Assembly: GCA_002869065.1 (NCBI GenBank)
Contig: PKTR01000001.1
Coordinates: 83,118 to 115,117, forward strand
Source of the DNA: Hyphomicrobiales bacterium
Lineage (GTDB): Bacteria; Pseudomonadota; Alphaproteobacteria; Rhizobiales; Rhodobiaceae
Length of the DNA stretch: 32,000 nt
Reading direction: 5' to 3'
How positions within the stretch are numbered: position 1 is the stretch's first letter; each line of letters begins with the position of its first letter. A program made the translations under genes and the position numbers. Below are positions 1 to 9,001 of this stretch, in pieces. The notes beneath the pieces are model-generated. The model searched no databases. It saw only the letters and a list, made by a program, of their open reading frames with translations, and had not been told where the DNA came from.

Positions 1-2
1 GG

Positions 3-1259
3 CTCGTCGCGTTGCGTTCCGACAGCTTCTTTCAGACCTCGTTGAAGGCTCTCGAGGACAGGGAAGCGCGCTATCGAGTCGTCGGCGAGAACATGACCGA
101 CGTCGTCAGCCTGCACTCGGCCAATGGCGATACCGTGTTCATTTCGCCGGCCGTGACCAAACTGTTCGGCATCGAGCACGGCGATGCAATCGGCGCCGGG
201 CTGTTCCATCGCGTTCACGTTGCCGACCGTCCTGCCTATCTCAAGACCCTGTCCGACGCGCTCGCCAACGGCGAACCCGGCTCGGTCGAGTTCCGCGGCC
301 TGCGTTCGGTAGGGGGCGGGGTCCCTGCCAGCTATATCTGGCTGGAAATGCGCTGCCAGCCGCTCTCCATGCCCGATCCGGTCAACGGCAATGCCGAAGT
401 GGTCGCCGTCATTCGCGATATCACCGCGCGCAAACAGCAGGAAGACGAGCTTCGCCACGCGCGGACCGCAGCCGAAGAAGCGAGCAACACCAAGACCCGT
501 TTCCTTGCCAATGTCAGTCATGAGCTGCGCACGCCACTGAATGCGATCATCGGTTTCTCGGAAATCCTCAGCGAGGGTATCGCTTTCCCCGACCAGGCTG
601 CGCGCACCAAGGAATACGCCAAGCTGATCCACGACTCCGGTCATCACCTGCTGCAGGTGGTCAACGACATTCTCGACATGTCGAAGATCGAGTCGGGCAA
701 TTTCGAGATCGTTGCCGAGCCGTTCGACCTGACCGCCTTGCTCGACAATTGCAGCCGGCTGATGGAACACCAGGCCGCGGAGCGCGGTGTGTCCATCGTC
801 ACCCAGTGCGATGGCAGCCTGCCCGAGATCGTAGCCGACCGCCGGGCCTGCAAGCAGATCCTGTTGAACCTGCTTTCGAACTCGGTGAAGTTCACCAATC
901 CGGGCGGCCGTATCGTGCTCGGTTGCCGGCGCGAGGGAACGCGCGTTGCGATCATTGTTGCCGACGACGGCATCGGCATCGCAGAGCAGGATATCCCGAA
1001 CCTCGGCAATCCCTTTTTCCAGGCGGATTCCGGCTACGACCGTCGCCACGACGGAACCGGGCTGGGCCTCTCCGTCGTCAACGGTCTCGTCAAGCTGCAT
1101 GGTGGTTCGGTCAATATCTCGAGCCAGCTCGGCAAGGGGACCGACGTCACGATCTGGCTGCCGATCAACTGCGAAGCGGCCGCCGAACCGATCAATGCAC
1201 GCGCCAAGCCGAAGATGGATCACGGCGTCACCGCCGAAGTGAAGCGACTTGCAGGGTAG
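3..1259 (+). CDS. PAS-domain sensor histidine kinase (PleC/DivJ/PdhS-type HisKA + HATPase, no receiver domain). Probably 5'-truncated by the window edge.
   Basis: The frame is open to base 3. H-box FLANVSHELRTPLNAIIGFSE; KEYAKLIHDSGHHLLQVVNDILDMSKIESG; N/G boxes LLNLLSNSVKFT, DDGIGI, GTGLGLSVV. A PAS-like segment lies N-terminal (YRVVGENMTDVVSLH...VAVIRDITARK). Confidence 0.85.
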   Translation, partial: LVALRSDSFFQTSLKALEDREARYRVVGENMTDVVSLHSANGDTVFISPAVTKLFGIEHGDAIGAGLFHRVHVADRPAYLKTLSDALANGEPGSVEFRGLRSVGGGVPASYIWLEMRCQPLSMPDPVNGNAEVVAVIRDITARKQQEDELRHARTAAEEASNTKTRFLANVSHELRTPLNAIIGFSEILSEGIAFPDQAARTKEYAKLIHDSGHHLLQVVNDILDMSKIESGNFEIVAEPFDLTALLDNCSRLMEHQAAERGVSIVTQCDGSLPEIVADRRACKQILLNLLSNSVKFTNPGGRIVLGCRREGTRVAIIVADDGIGIAEQDIPNLGNPFFQADSGYDRRHDGTGLGLSVVNGLVKLHGGSVNISSQLGKGTDVTIWLPINCEAAAEPINARAKPKMDHGVTAEVKRLAG

Positions 1260-1263
1260 GGGA

Positions 1264-1992
1264 ATGAGAGACAAGGATCTCGACGATCTTATGGACGGGC
1301 CGCGCCCCGGTTCGGTGCCGATTCGTCTGCTGGGACGTTTGACCAGAGACCCGGTGACGTCCGGCGGCATGCTGGTCACAGCTGCCGTCATGATCGCAAT
1401 CGTCACCAATGCAGCCTTCATGCAGAAGGAGCGGCACCCCGCGCCGCTGTTCGAGACCAGGCCTTTCGATCAGCCCGCACCGGGCAGTTCGCGGGCGGTG
1501 CGGACCCAGCGCCTGCTCAATGCACCTTCGGCCGCGCTGGTGCGCGATATTCAGACCGGACTTGCCGAACGTGGCTTTTATCAGGGTCCGATCGACGGCG
1601 TGGTCGGCCCGGTCACCGGTGATGCGATTCGCGGCTTCGAACGGGCTGCCGGACTGCTGACGACGGGCGAGCCGAGCGAGCGTCTGCTCGCGCAGATCCA
1701 GCTCTCGACCATTGCGCCGTCCGGATCCACGGCCACTGTGGCACCGACACCGATTCCCGCCGATCGCGACGCGCCCGCTGCGCCGATGGATGAGGCACGC
1801 CGCGAGATCGCCTCGATCCAGACGCTTCTCAACAAGCTCGGCTACGGCCCTCTGACAGTCGACGGATATATGGGATCGGCAACCTCGACCGCTATCAGCC
1901 GGTTCGAGAAGGATCAGGGCCTCCCGGTCACGGGCGCGCTGAGTGCCAAGGTGATCCGCGATCTGCAACTCTTCGCTGGAAACACCCGATAG
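1264..1992 (+). CDS. Peptidoglycan-binding (PG_binding_1 x2) membrane-anchored protein
   Basis: ATG at 1264 follows GGGGA. One TM segment (MLVTAAVMIAIVTNAAF). Two PG-binding repeats: LAERGFYQGPIDGVVGPVTGDAIRGFERAAGL and LNKLGYGPLTVDGYMGSATSTAISRFEKDQGLPVTG. Confidence 0.8.
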   Translation: MRDKDLDDLMDGPRPGSVPIRLLGRLTRDPVTSGGMLVTAAVMIAIVTNAAFMQKERHPAPLFETRPFDQPAPGSSRAVRTQRLLNAPSAALVRDIQTGLAERGFYQGPIDGVVGPVTGDAIRGFERAAGLLTTGEPSERLLAQIQLSTIAPSGSTATVAPTPIPADRDAPAAPMDEARREIASIQTLLNKLGYGPLTVDGYMGSATSTAISRFEKDQGLPVTGALSAKVIRDLQLFAGNTR

Positions 1993-2008
1993 CCTATAAG
2001 CTTCGGCT

Positions 2009-2350
2009 ATGAGCATTCGAGTCACGTCCGATCTGTGGGTGTCGGCCCATGTCCGCCGCTGTTTTTCGGCCGGTGCGATGGCGCTTGTCGCCCGTCGCGG
2101 AGCAACCGAGGCCGGCGCGATCTTCCTCAAAATCAATCGTCTGTACGGGCGCTTCGACCTGTACGGTCCGGCGCCGCAGACCGACTTCGATGAAGACCGG
2201 CCACGCGACCGCCTGTTTGAGCGGGTGCTTGAGGAATGCCCGGAAAGCGAAATCGACGAGCGGTTGACGCGCGAGGCGCGCTTCGACAGCGACCTGTGGA
2301 TCGTTGAAATTGAGGACCGTGAGGGTCGCGCTTTTCTCGACGGGCTTTGA
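2009..2350 (+). CDS. DUF1491 family protein
   Basis: The 113-aa product has the pattern I recall for DUF1491: SDLWVSAHVRRC...GAIFLKINRL...DLYGPAPQ...RFDSDLWIVEIEDREGR. Confidence 0.75.
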   Translation: MSIRVTSDLWVSAHVRRCFSAGAMALVARRGATEAGAIFLKINRLYGRFDLYGPAPQTDFDEDRPRDRLFERVLEECPESEIDERLTREARFDSDLWIVEIEDREGRAFLDGL

Positions 2351-2364
2351 GCGAAGCTCTACCG

Positions 2365-3510
2365 CTACGCTGCATCCACTTTTTTCGGGGATTTGCCGCG
2401 ATCGTTGTCGGCGTCGCCGGTTGGCTGCGTGACCTGCGCCTTGAGCCGGCGCTGGCTCTCTGCTGCGGCCAGCTTGTGCACCGGCGATACCAGATGCGGC
2501 GGCACGCGCATGGCGGGCTGGTCGGAAATCCGCCACTGGTCGATCAGATAGAGCGCGGCTTTCACCGACAGGCGGTCGAAGAACCGGGTCAGAGACCGCA
2601 CTTTGTCGCTCGACTGGGCCAGCGTCGGAATGATGTCCGAGAAGGCGGCAATCGCCCGATCGGTCGGAATCCCGGAGGCCTTCAGCAAGACCGCGATGGG
2701 TTCCCCGGTGGCATCGTCGAGAATACGCTCGACGAGTGTCCGCCGCAGGTCGAATTCCTGCGCGAGCAGTGAGAGCAGCAGCTCGCGGTCGCGCGAGTAG
2801 ATTGCCTTGTAGAGCGGATAATGACCATTGCCGGAAACCTTCGTGGTCACCGGTATGGGCTTGCGGCCGACGGAGGCGCCGAGGAGCTTGTGCTCGACGG
2901 CCGCGACAACCCGTTCACGCCCCGCGCGCCCGAGATCGAGGAAAATCTCGACAAGGCGCTCGCCGGCAATGTCCGGGCGCAAGGCGAGTTGATCGCCGAG
3001 CCTGTGGTTGCGGGTAACCGCCTGCAGCAGTTTCTCGAACGGTACCGGCTCCAGCGACACCGAGCGATTGCCGATCAACGCTCCGATCGCGCCAAGGTCG
3101 TCGGCCATTACGATTGCCTGCAAGGCAAGCAGCGGCAGGTCCGGACGCTCGGCGAGCGTTTGCAGATGCGCGCCGCCGAGGTTGGCGATCCGCAACATCT
3201 CCAGCTCGTCGAGTTGCGGCGAGCGCAGGATCACCTGACGGGCGATGTCGATCGGTTCCCGATAGAGCAGGCGAAGCACCGGCTTCGGCGTTTCGGGATG
3301 AGCGGCCACCAGATCCGCCAGCACACGTTTTCCGTCACTGCCGCAGGTGCCGAATAGATCGTAGACGATGCTCTGGAACAGTCGCCGCTCGCGCTCTGTA
3401 TGTTTGTCCTCGCTCGCATAGAGTTCCGCGCAGGCACGCAGCAATGCGGCGCTACGGTCGGGGCCGGCGTTGCGGGCGAGTTTCTCGAAATCTGCAATCG
3501 AAAACGACAT
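2365..3510 (-). CDS. DUF2336 domain-containing protein
   Basis: I trimmed the ORF to the internal ATG (CAT at 3508-3510), giving MSFSIADFEKLARNAGPDRSAALLRACAELYASEDKHT.... This all-alpha repeat protein is typical of DUF2336. The 40 upstream codons look non-coding. Confidence 0.7.
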   Translation of the reverse strand: MSFSIADFEKLARNAGPDRSAALLRACAELYASEDKHTERERRLFQSIVYDLFGTCGSDGKRVLADLVAAHPETPKPVLRLLYREPIDIARQVILRSPQLDELEMLRIANLGGAHLQTLAERPDLPLLALQAIVMADDLGAIGALIGNRSVSLEPVPFEKLLQAVTRNHRLGDQLALRPDIAGERLVEIFLDLGRAGRERVVAAVEHKLLGASVGRKPIPVTTKVSGNGHYPLYKAIYSRDRELLLSLLAQEFDLRRTLVERILDDATGEPIAVLLKASGIPTDRAIAAFSDIIPTLAQSSDKVRSLTRFFDRLSVKAALYLIDQWRISDQPAMRVPPHLVSPVHKLAAAESQRRLKAQVTQPTGDADNDRGKSPKKVDAA

Positions 3511-3753
3511 GGCGGCGACCTCGGGTGCGGGCGCGACGCCTTTCGAAAATCGTGCGCGGGCGTCGCGGCAAGACCAGTCCTTGTGCAGGGCGCCGGAACG
3601 CACCGCGCCTTTGCCCCAACTCTCGCCCATTGTCGCCGAAAATTCGTTAGCAGACTGTTAACCTTGATAATGTCTTAATGCGCCCAGCATTTCCTCGGGG
3701 CTGTCTGCAGGGGGGCACCCGCTTAGCGCCACGGAAAGGCCAGGGAGAACGGT

Positions 3754-3951
3754 ATGGGTACTGTTCTGGAATTCGCGCTGCCCGAAAATTCGCAACCGCG
3801 TCCGCGTCGATCCTCCGTGGACGCTGGTGAGCCCCGCATCGTAATATTTCCCGGGATTCGCATTGAACGCGTCCGGGATGCGGCCCGCGCGCCGGACGAG
3901 TCACCAGCCTTCGCCATGCCAGGCGAGGAAGGGCCGCTCAAACGGCGTTGA
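3754..3951 (+). CDS. Small hypothetical protein (65 aa) with a VLEF...IVIFPGIRIER motif
   Basis: ATG preceded by GGGAGA. The motif resembles small alphaproteobacterial proteins carrying (I/L)xxFxGVRYER. Its stop overlaps the start region of the next gene. Confidence 0.4.
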   Translation: MGTVLEFALPENSQPRPRRSSVDAGEPRIVIFPGIRIERVRDAARAPDESPAFAMPGEEGPLKRR

Positions 3952-3956
3952 GGATA

Positions 3957-4835
3957 ATGAGCACAGGGCAGGGCGACGGGTACGCAATCGATCGGGCATT
4001 GGCTCGCAAGCGCAAGGCGACGGTGGTGTTTGCCGCCGTTGCGCTGTGTGCGGCGGCGCTTGCCGGCTGTGGTCGTCCTGAAGGGGATTTCGGCCGCGCC
4101 AAGCCGTCCGTCGTCCATGACAATGTGATGCCGGCAATCGGCACACGGATGACCAATGTGCGCCGCGCGGCCCGCGGCAATGGCGTTTATGCGCCGGTTT
4201 CCAAGTTCAATCTCACCGACGGTGAGAAGGAATTGCGCAATCGCGCCTACGCAATCGTCCGCCCGCCCCACACGGCCGACTGGATCGCCGCGTCGCTGGT
4301 CGAAGGGCAGCGCACCGGCATTCTCGAGCCGATCGACACCAAACTCGATCCGACGAAATATTACGAGTTGCTGCGCAAGGACGCGTTCCGCTCCAGCGAA
4401 AGCCGTTACGACCGACTGATGTCGGACATGAATGCGGATGCCGAGCTGGTCGGTCCGTTCTACGAGCTGGCGCGCCAGGTCACCGCCGTCGACGAGGAAC
4501 GGCTGCGGGTCGCGCAGGTGTCGCCGGATCTGACCGATGCGCAACGCCAGGACGCCAAGACGCGTGTTGCCGAAAACGTTGCGGTCATTCACTGGGTCTG
4601 GCGCGCGCTGCGCTTCCGTCTCGCCGCCTATCGCCACGCCATCGATCGGCTCGAGGTCGAGACCCCCTCACAGCGGCTTTACGAAGCGAACGTCGCCTGG
4701 CGGCGACTTGCCGCGGCAATCGCCGAGGCAGAGGCCGGTCAGCTCGATTCCGAGCGTCTTGAAGCCGGTCCCGTCCGCCCATCGCGTCTGATGCGGCCAT
4801 GGGCGAGCGACGCCGACGCCGGCATTGTCAAATAG
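3957..4835 (+). CDS. Conserved hypothetical lipoprotein
   Basis: Signal peptide plus lipobox VVFAAVALCAAALAGC. The frame is long and codon-biased, and the opposite-strand ORF 3723..4637 is an R/G-rich shadow. Confidence 0.65.
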   Translation: MSTGQGDGYAIDRALARKRKATVVFAAVALCAAALAGCGRPEGDFGRAKPSVVHDNVMPAIGTRMTNVRRAARGNGVYAPVSKFNLTDGEKELRNRAYAIVRPPHTADWIAASLVEGQRTGILEPIDTKLDPTKYYELLRKDAFRSSESRYDRLMSDMNADAELVGPFYELARQVTAVDEERLRVAQVSPDLTDAQRQDAKTRVAENVAVIHWVWRALRFRLAAYRHAIDRLEVETPSQRLYEANVAWRRLAAAIAEAEAGQLDSERLEAGPVRPSRLMRPWASDADAGIVK

Positions 4836-4874
4836 CAGGGCGGGTTCCGGCAGAACGCTTTCGCGCTGGCTGTT

Positions 4875-5426
4875 TTACAGGCCGGTCTGCAGTTCGCAGC
4901 GGGCCTCGTTCATGGCCACTGATATCGAGCCTTCCATCGACGGATCGGGCACGAAGGCCCTGAGCAGCACAAAACCTCTGTCATCCGCGGATTCGATGAT
5001 CAGCATCTGATCGAGGTCGTCGGGAGGGTTTTCGCGCAACTGCGCCAGCTGGTCCACGGTGAGAACGAGCATGTCGAGGCTCGTTGAACCGACAGAGTCG
5101 TTGTTGATGCTGTAGACGTTCTCGCCGCCACTGTTGAACAACGCAACCGACCAGAAATCGCCGGGTATGGTTGCCCGCACACGGATCGGTGCAGCCTCGA
5201 TCGAGAAACGGCACACCGCGTGGCGCATCAGCGGGTCGAGCATCGGAACCGCATCGCTTTCGCCGGTTTCGTAACGCAGCACGGTGAAGCGCTCGCGTTC
5301 GGTCAGGTCGTTGATGCGGGTCCACGCGTCGGCGGGCGCATAACCCGGCACCAGCAACACCACGACGATGTGAATGATACCGCCCAACACGAGGCCGCCA
5401 AGCGCAAACAGAAGAGTCCGGGTCAT
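4875..5426 (-). CDS. Membrane-anchored DUF1254-like protein
   Basis: N-terminal TM (LLFALGGLVLGGIIHIVVVLLVPG). Strong SD (GGGAGGA) and an ATGA overlap with the upstream gene. Architecture matches the small DUF1254 proteins that pair with DUF1214. Confidence 0.65.
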   Translation of the reverse strand: MTRTLLFALGGLVLGGIIHIVVVLLVPGYAPADAWTRINDLTERERFTVLRYETGESDAVPMLDPLMRHAVCRFSIEAAPIRVRATIPGDFWSVALFNSGGENVYSINNDSVGSTSLDMLVLTVDQLAQLRENPPDDLDQMLIIESADDRGFVLLRAFVPDPSMEGSISVAMNEARCELQTGL

Positions 5427-5998
5427 CGGCAGTCCTCCCGCTTGATCTCGGGAAGGGTCGGGCGTGCGAGGTTTTCCCCACTGGCCAGCGGCGTATCATA
5501 GAGACGCAGCACCAGCCGGAAGGCGCCAGGATCGCGCAGGCTAAGCCAGTTGCCGCTCCGTGCTGTCGTCGACACGGTGATGGTGACATCCCCGCCGCGG
5601 TCACGCAGCACTTCCTGGCTGTGCAGACCCCGGTGGAAGCCGTTCCCGGTCGCGACCAACCCGTTGGCATCAACGGCTGTCAGGGTCCACAGTCGGGCCG
5701 CCGGCATGCTTCCCGCTATCGCGTAGCTGCACGCACCGTTCAGCTCCCGTCCGCCACTGTCATTGACGGCGATAAAGGCGAGGCCTTCGCCGGGACCCAG
5801 CGCGATTTCGCCGGTGCGGGCAAAGGCGGCCGCCGAATAGGGGTCGGCATGGGGCGTTCCGGCGCGCGGCGAAGCAACCCATGGCCCGATGCGGGTGGCA
5901 TCGACCCGGGCGCCATTCTCGACAGCGTATTTGGCCGATCCAAGGCCGACGACAAGACCTATCGCTGAGGCCAGCAGGAGATCGAATACGAAACGCAC
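5423..5998 (-). CDS. Membrane-anchored DUF1214-like protein
   Basis: N-terminal TM. Motifs GPW...DPY..A..ARTGE.ALG..EGL and PAARLWTLTA...NWL...RLYDTP, as I recall for small DUF1214 proteins. Lies 3 nt downstream of the PBP gene. Confidence 0.65.
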   Translation of the reverse strand: MRFVFDLLLASAIGLVVGLGSAKYAVENGARVDATRIGPWVASPRAGTPHADPYSAAAFARTGEIALGPGEGLAFIAVNDSGGRELNGACSYAIAGSMPAARLWTLTAVDANGLVATGNGFHRGLHSQEVLRDRGGDVTITVSTTARSGNWLSLRDPGAFRLVLRLYDTPLASGENLARPTLPEIKREDCR

Positions 5999-6000
5999 GA

Positions 6001-8202
6001 CTACTGTTCCGCCGTGGTTGGGGTGCCGGTTGCAGCGCTGTCGGCTGCGACGGCGAGTTGGCCCGCGACCGGCAGGGCGGGAGCGCGCAGGGCGGCCTCG
6101 TTCCGTCCGCCGGCGAGCATACGCTCGATCTTGCCGAGAACCGCGCGCGACTTCGCCGAAAGCGCAAAGATTTGGGCCGGCTGCGTCGCGTCGCCGGTTC
6201 CTTCCGCGGCAACTTTCAAGGCGCTGCTCCCCGGGCCGCCATCGACCCCTTCAAAGCCCGCGATTGGTTTCAGTTTCACGTTGGAATGGGCAAAGGTCAT
6301 GTAGTTCTGCCATGTCATGGCCGGCAGGCTGCCGCCCGTCATGCGCCGGGTTCCGGAAAAGTTGTCGTTGCCGAACCACACGGCAGTGGAGAAATTTCCG
6401 GTGAACCCGACGAACCAGGCATCGCGATAGGCTTGCGTCGTGCCGGTCTTCCCGGCAGCGCGGATGCCGTCCAGCCGCGCGCGCCGTCCAGTGCCAGCCT
6501 CGACGACCTGATTGAGAATCTTGTTTATCTCCACGACTTTGTCCGGCGGCAGGATCTGCTGCGGCTTGGGTCCGTCGCGGGAGCGCTTCCAGATCAGATC
6601 GCCGTCCGAGCTGTAGATCTCCGTCGCGGCGTAGGGCAGGGCAAGGCGACCGCCATTCGCAAAAGCGGCATATGCAGCCGCCATGTCGATGACACGGACT
6701 TCCGACGTGCCGAGCGGCAGCGATTTGTCGTTGCGCAGCTCGGAGCGGATGCCCATTCGGTAGGCCGTGTCGATGATCTTGTCGCGGCCGATCTTCAGCG
6801 AAAGCTTCACCGGGATGGTGTTGATGGATCGCACCAGGGCAGTTGTCAGGGTGACGCGGCCCCTGTAGCTGCGGCCGTAGTTCCGCGGCGACCATCGACC
6901 GATTCTGACCGGCCCGTCGACGATGACACTGTCGGCGCTGAAGCCGTTCATGAAGGCGGTCATATAGACGAACGGTTTGAACGACGATCCGGGCTGGCGC
7001 AACGCATCCGTGGCGCGGTTGAACTGGCTGGCACCGTAATCGAGCCCGCCGACCATTGCGCGCAGCGCGCCATCGGTTTCGACGGACGCCATGGCGGCTT
7101 GTCGGACGGCATAGTCACGGCCGTATTGCCGCAGCGAGGATTCGACCGCTTCCTCCGCCTTGCGCTGCAGATCCATGTCGATGGTGGTCTTCACCGTCAG
7201 CACGTGATCGGGGCCCGGCGCGATCTTCTGGACCTCTTCGAACGCCCAGTCGAGGAAGTAGTCCGGCAGCTCCTGCTTGCTGCGGTCGACGACGACGGCC
7301 GGATTGCGCCGCGCGCCGATGACCTGGCCTTCGGTCAGGAAGCCGGCCTCGACCATGTTGCTCAGCACTTCGTTTGCCCGCGCGCGCGCCGCCGGCAGAT
7401 CGACATGCGGCGCGTATTTCGTCGGCGCCTTGAACAGGCCGGCGAGCATCGCAGCCTCGGCAAGCGACAGTTCCTTGACCGATTTGCCGAAATAGAACTC
7501 GGAAGCCGCACCGACGCCGAACGCGCCGCCGCCCATATAGGCGCGGTCGAGATAGAGCTTCAAAATCTCGCGCTTGGTCATGTTGGCTTCGAGCCAGATC
7601 GCGAGGAAGGCTTCCTTGATCTTGCGCTGAAGGGTTCGTTCGTTCGACAGGAACAGGTTCTTGGCAAGCTGCTGGGTGATCGACGAGCCACCCTGCACGA
7701 CGGTGCGGGCGCGGACGTTCTCGACCATGGCGCGCGCCGTGCCGATGAAGTCGATGCCGAAATGCTCGAAGAAGCGTCGGTCTTCGGTCGCCAGCGCGGC
7801 CTTCACCAGATAGTCCGGCAATTCCTCGAGCGGCACCGAATCGTCGAGGTTCATGCCGCGCTTGCCGATCTCCTTGCCGTTGCGGTCCAGGAACGTGACC
7901 GAATAGTCGGAGGTCGCCTGCCAGCCGTCGCGCGTCTCCTCGAACGCCGGCAGGGCGAAGGTCAGCATGACAACAGCACCGACCGCACCCAGCGTGAAGC
8001 TCTCCGAGCCGACTTCCGCCAGCATCTTGCGGAAACCGGTCACCCGGAAACGGCGCATGAATGTGCCGTAGATTTCGAAGAAGCGAGACAGTACAACGCC
8101 GAGACGCCAGACCGAGGTATCGATCCAGGCATCCAGGGCCAGCAAACGGGACGCTATGCGATCGCGCCAGCGTTTTTTGGGTCGCGGGTTGGGCTCTGAC
8201 AC
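6001..8202 (-). CDS. Class A penicillin-binding protein (PBP1A family: GT51 glycosyltransferase + transpeptidase)
   Basis: GT51 motifs ATEDRRFFEHFGIDFIG, GGSSITQQLAKN, RKIKEA. Transpeptidase motifs SSFKPF, SINT, KTGTT. GTG start at 8202. Confidence 0.95.
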   Translation of the reverse strand: MSEPNPRPKKRWRDRIASRLLALDAWIDTSVWRLGVVLSRFFEIYGTFMRRFRVTGFRKMLAEVGSESFTLGAVGAVVMLTFALPAFEETRDGWQATSDYSVTFLDRNGKEIGKRGMNLDDSVPLEELPDYLVKAALATEDRRFFEHFGIDFIGTARAMVENVRARTVVQGGSSITQQLAKNLFLSNERTLQRKIKEAFLAIWLEANMTKREILKLYLDRAYMGGGAFGVGAASEFYFGKSVKELSLAEAAMLAGLFKAPTKYAPHVDLPAARARANEVLSNMVEAGFLTEGQVIGARRNPAVVVDRSKQELPDYFLDWAFEEVQKIAPGPDHVLTVKTTIDMDLQRKAEEAVESSLRQYGRDYAVRQAAMASVETDGALRAMVGGLDYGASQFNRATDALRQPGSSFKPFVYMTAFMNGFSADSVIVDGPVRIGRWSPRNYGRSYRGRVTLTTALVRSINTIPVKLSLKIGRDKIIDTAYRMGIRSELRNDKSLPLGTSEVRVIDMAAAYAAFANGGRLALPYAATEIYSSDGDLIWKRSRDGPKPQQILPPDKVVEINKILNQVVEAGTGRRARLDGIRAAGKTGTTQAYRDAWFVGFTGNFSTAVWFGNDNFSGTRRMTGGSLPAMTWQNYMTFAHSNVKLKPIAGFEGVDGGPGSSALKVAAEGTGDATQPAQIFALSAKSRAVLGKIERMLAGGRNEAALRAPALPVAGQLAVAADSAATGTPTTAEQ

Positions 8203-8330
8203 TTGTCTTCCGTCCGGTCCTCGGCCCCCCTAGGCCGCAATGACTGCGCCTGGCGATTGTCCAATGGGATCGTTTACGTTACGTCCGCTCAGAAAAGAAC
8301 GGCAAAACAAAGCCACAGGTCAATGCAAAT

Positions 8331-8801
8331 ATGAACGGCAATGCAGCCTTCTGGAAAGATAAGCCATTAGAGGCCCTGACGAAAGAGGAATGGGAATCCC
8401 TTTGCGACGGGTGCGCCCGTTGCTGCCTCAACAAGCTTGAGGACTGGGATACCGGCGAAATCGCCTGGACCAACATTGCCTGTTCGTTGCTCGATGACGC
8501 CTCCTGCCGCTGCCGCGACTACGAAACCCGCACCGAGACCGTGCCGGATTGCGTGCCCCTCGATGCCGCGACCGTGCGCCGCCTGACCTGGCTGCCGCCG
8601 ACCTGCGCCTATCGTCTGCTTGCCGAGGGGCAGGATTTGCCCTGGTGGCATCCGCTGATCTCGGGATCGGCAGAGACGGTCCACACCGCTGGCGTCTCCG
8701 TGCGTGGCCGAACGGTCAGTGAGGACGGTATCGAAATCGAGGAGTACGAGGACTTTCTGGTCGCTTGGCCCGGCGAGGTTCCCGAAAGGAGCCGGGGATA
8801 G
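8331..8801 (+). CDS. ycgN: YcgN/UPF0260 family cysteine-cluster protein
   Basis: [61 protein letters not shown] is characteristic of the YcgN family. Confidence 0.85.
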   Translation: MNGNAAFWKDKPLEALTKEEWESLCDGCARCCLNKLEDWDTGEIAWTNIACSLLDDASCRCRDYETRTETVPDCVPLDAATVRRLTWLPPTCAYRLLAEGQDLPWWHPLISGSAETVHTAGVSVRGRTVSEDGIEIEEYEDFLVAWPGEVPERSRG

Positions 8802-8900
8802 GCAAAAAAGATCGCGCGCGCGGGGCTTGTGGCGCCTCGAATTTGGCAGCACTTTCTCCGGGGAAATAGGAAAAAAGAGAAAAAAATAGGAATAAATGCA

Positions 8901-8929
8901 TTGACAGCGCAACGCTGGTTCGGTAGGGT
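8901..8929 (+). promoter_or_regulatory. Sigma70-like promoter TTGACA-N17-TAGGGT in an AT-rich island, preceded by two AAATAGGAA repeats (8864-8872, 8884-8892)
   Basis: Read directly: a perfect -35 hexamer, a 17-nt spacer and a -10 with T1, A2 and T6. An A-tract lies upstream (UP-element-like). The predicted TSS is near 8936. Confidence 0.45.
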
Positions 8930-9001
8930 TTTGTCATCGTCGGACAGTTGCGCCCAAGAGGCGGCGCCCGACAAACAGAGACATTGCAGTCTGAACGGAA
9001 C

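Noticed and set aside
3659-3679. Possible CtrA box (TTAA ... TTAA) in the DUF2336 divergent region, and TTAA-containing stretches near 29005-29060
   Set aside because: The two TTAA half-sites at 3659-3662 and 3676-3679 are 13 nt apart, not the 7 nt the consensus requires. The 29-kb stretch has no TTAA-N7-TTAA either. Isolated half-sites are expected by chance in AT-rich patches.
8901-8936. TGACA ... TGTCA inverted arms flanking the predicted -35/-10 region
   Set aside because: The arms are only 5 bp and are separated by about 25 nt, which is not statistically meaningful. The promoter reading explains TTGACA better.
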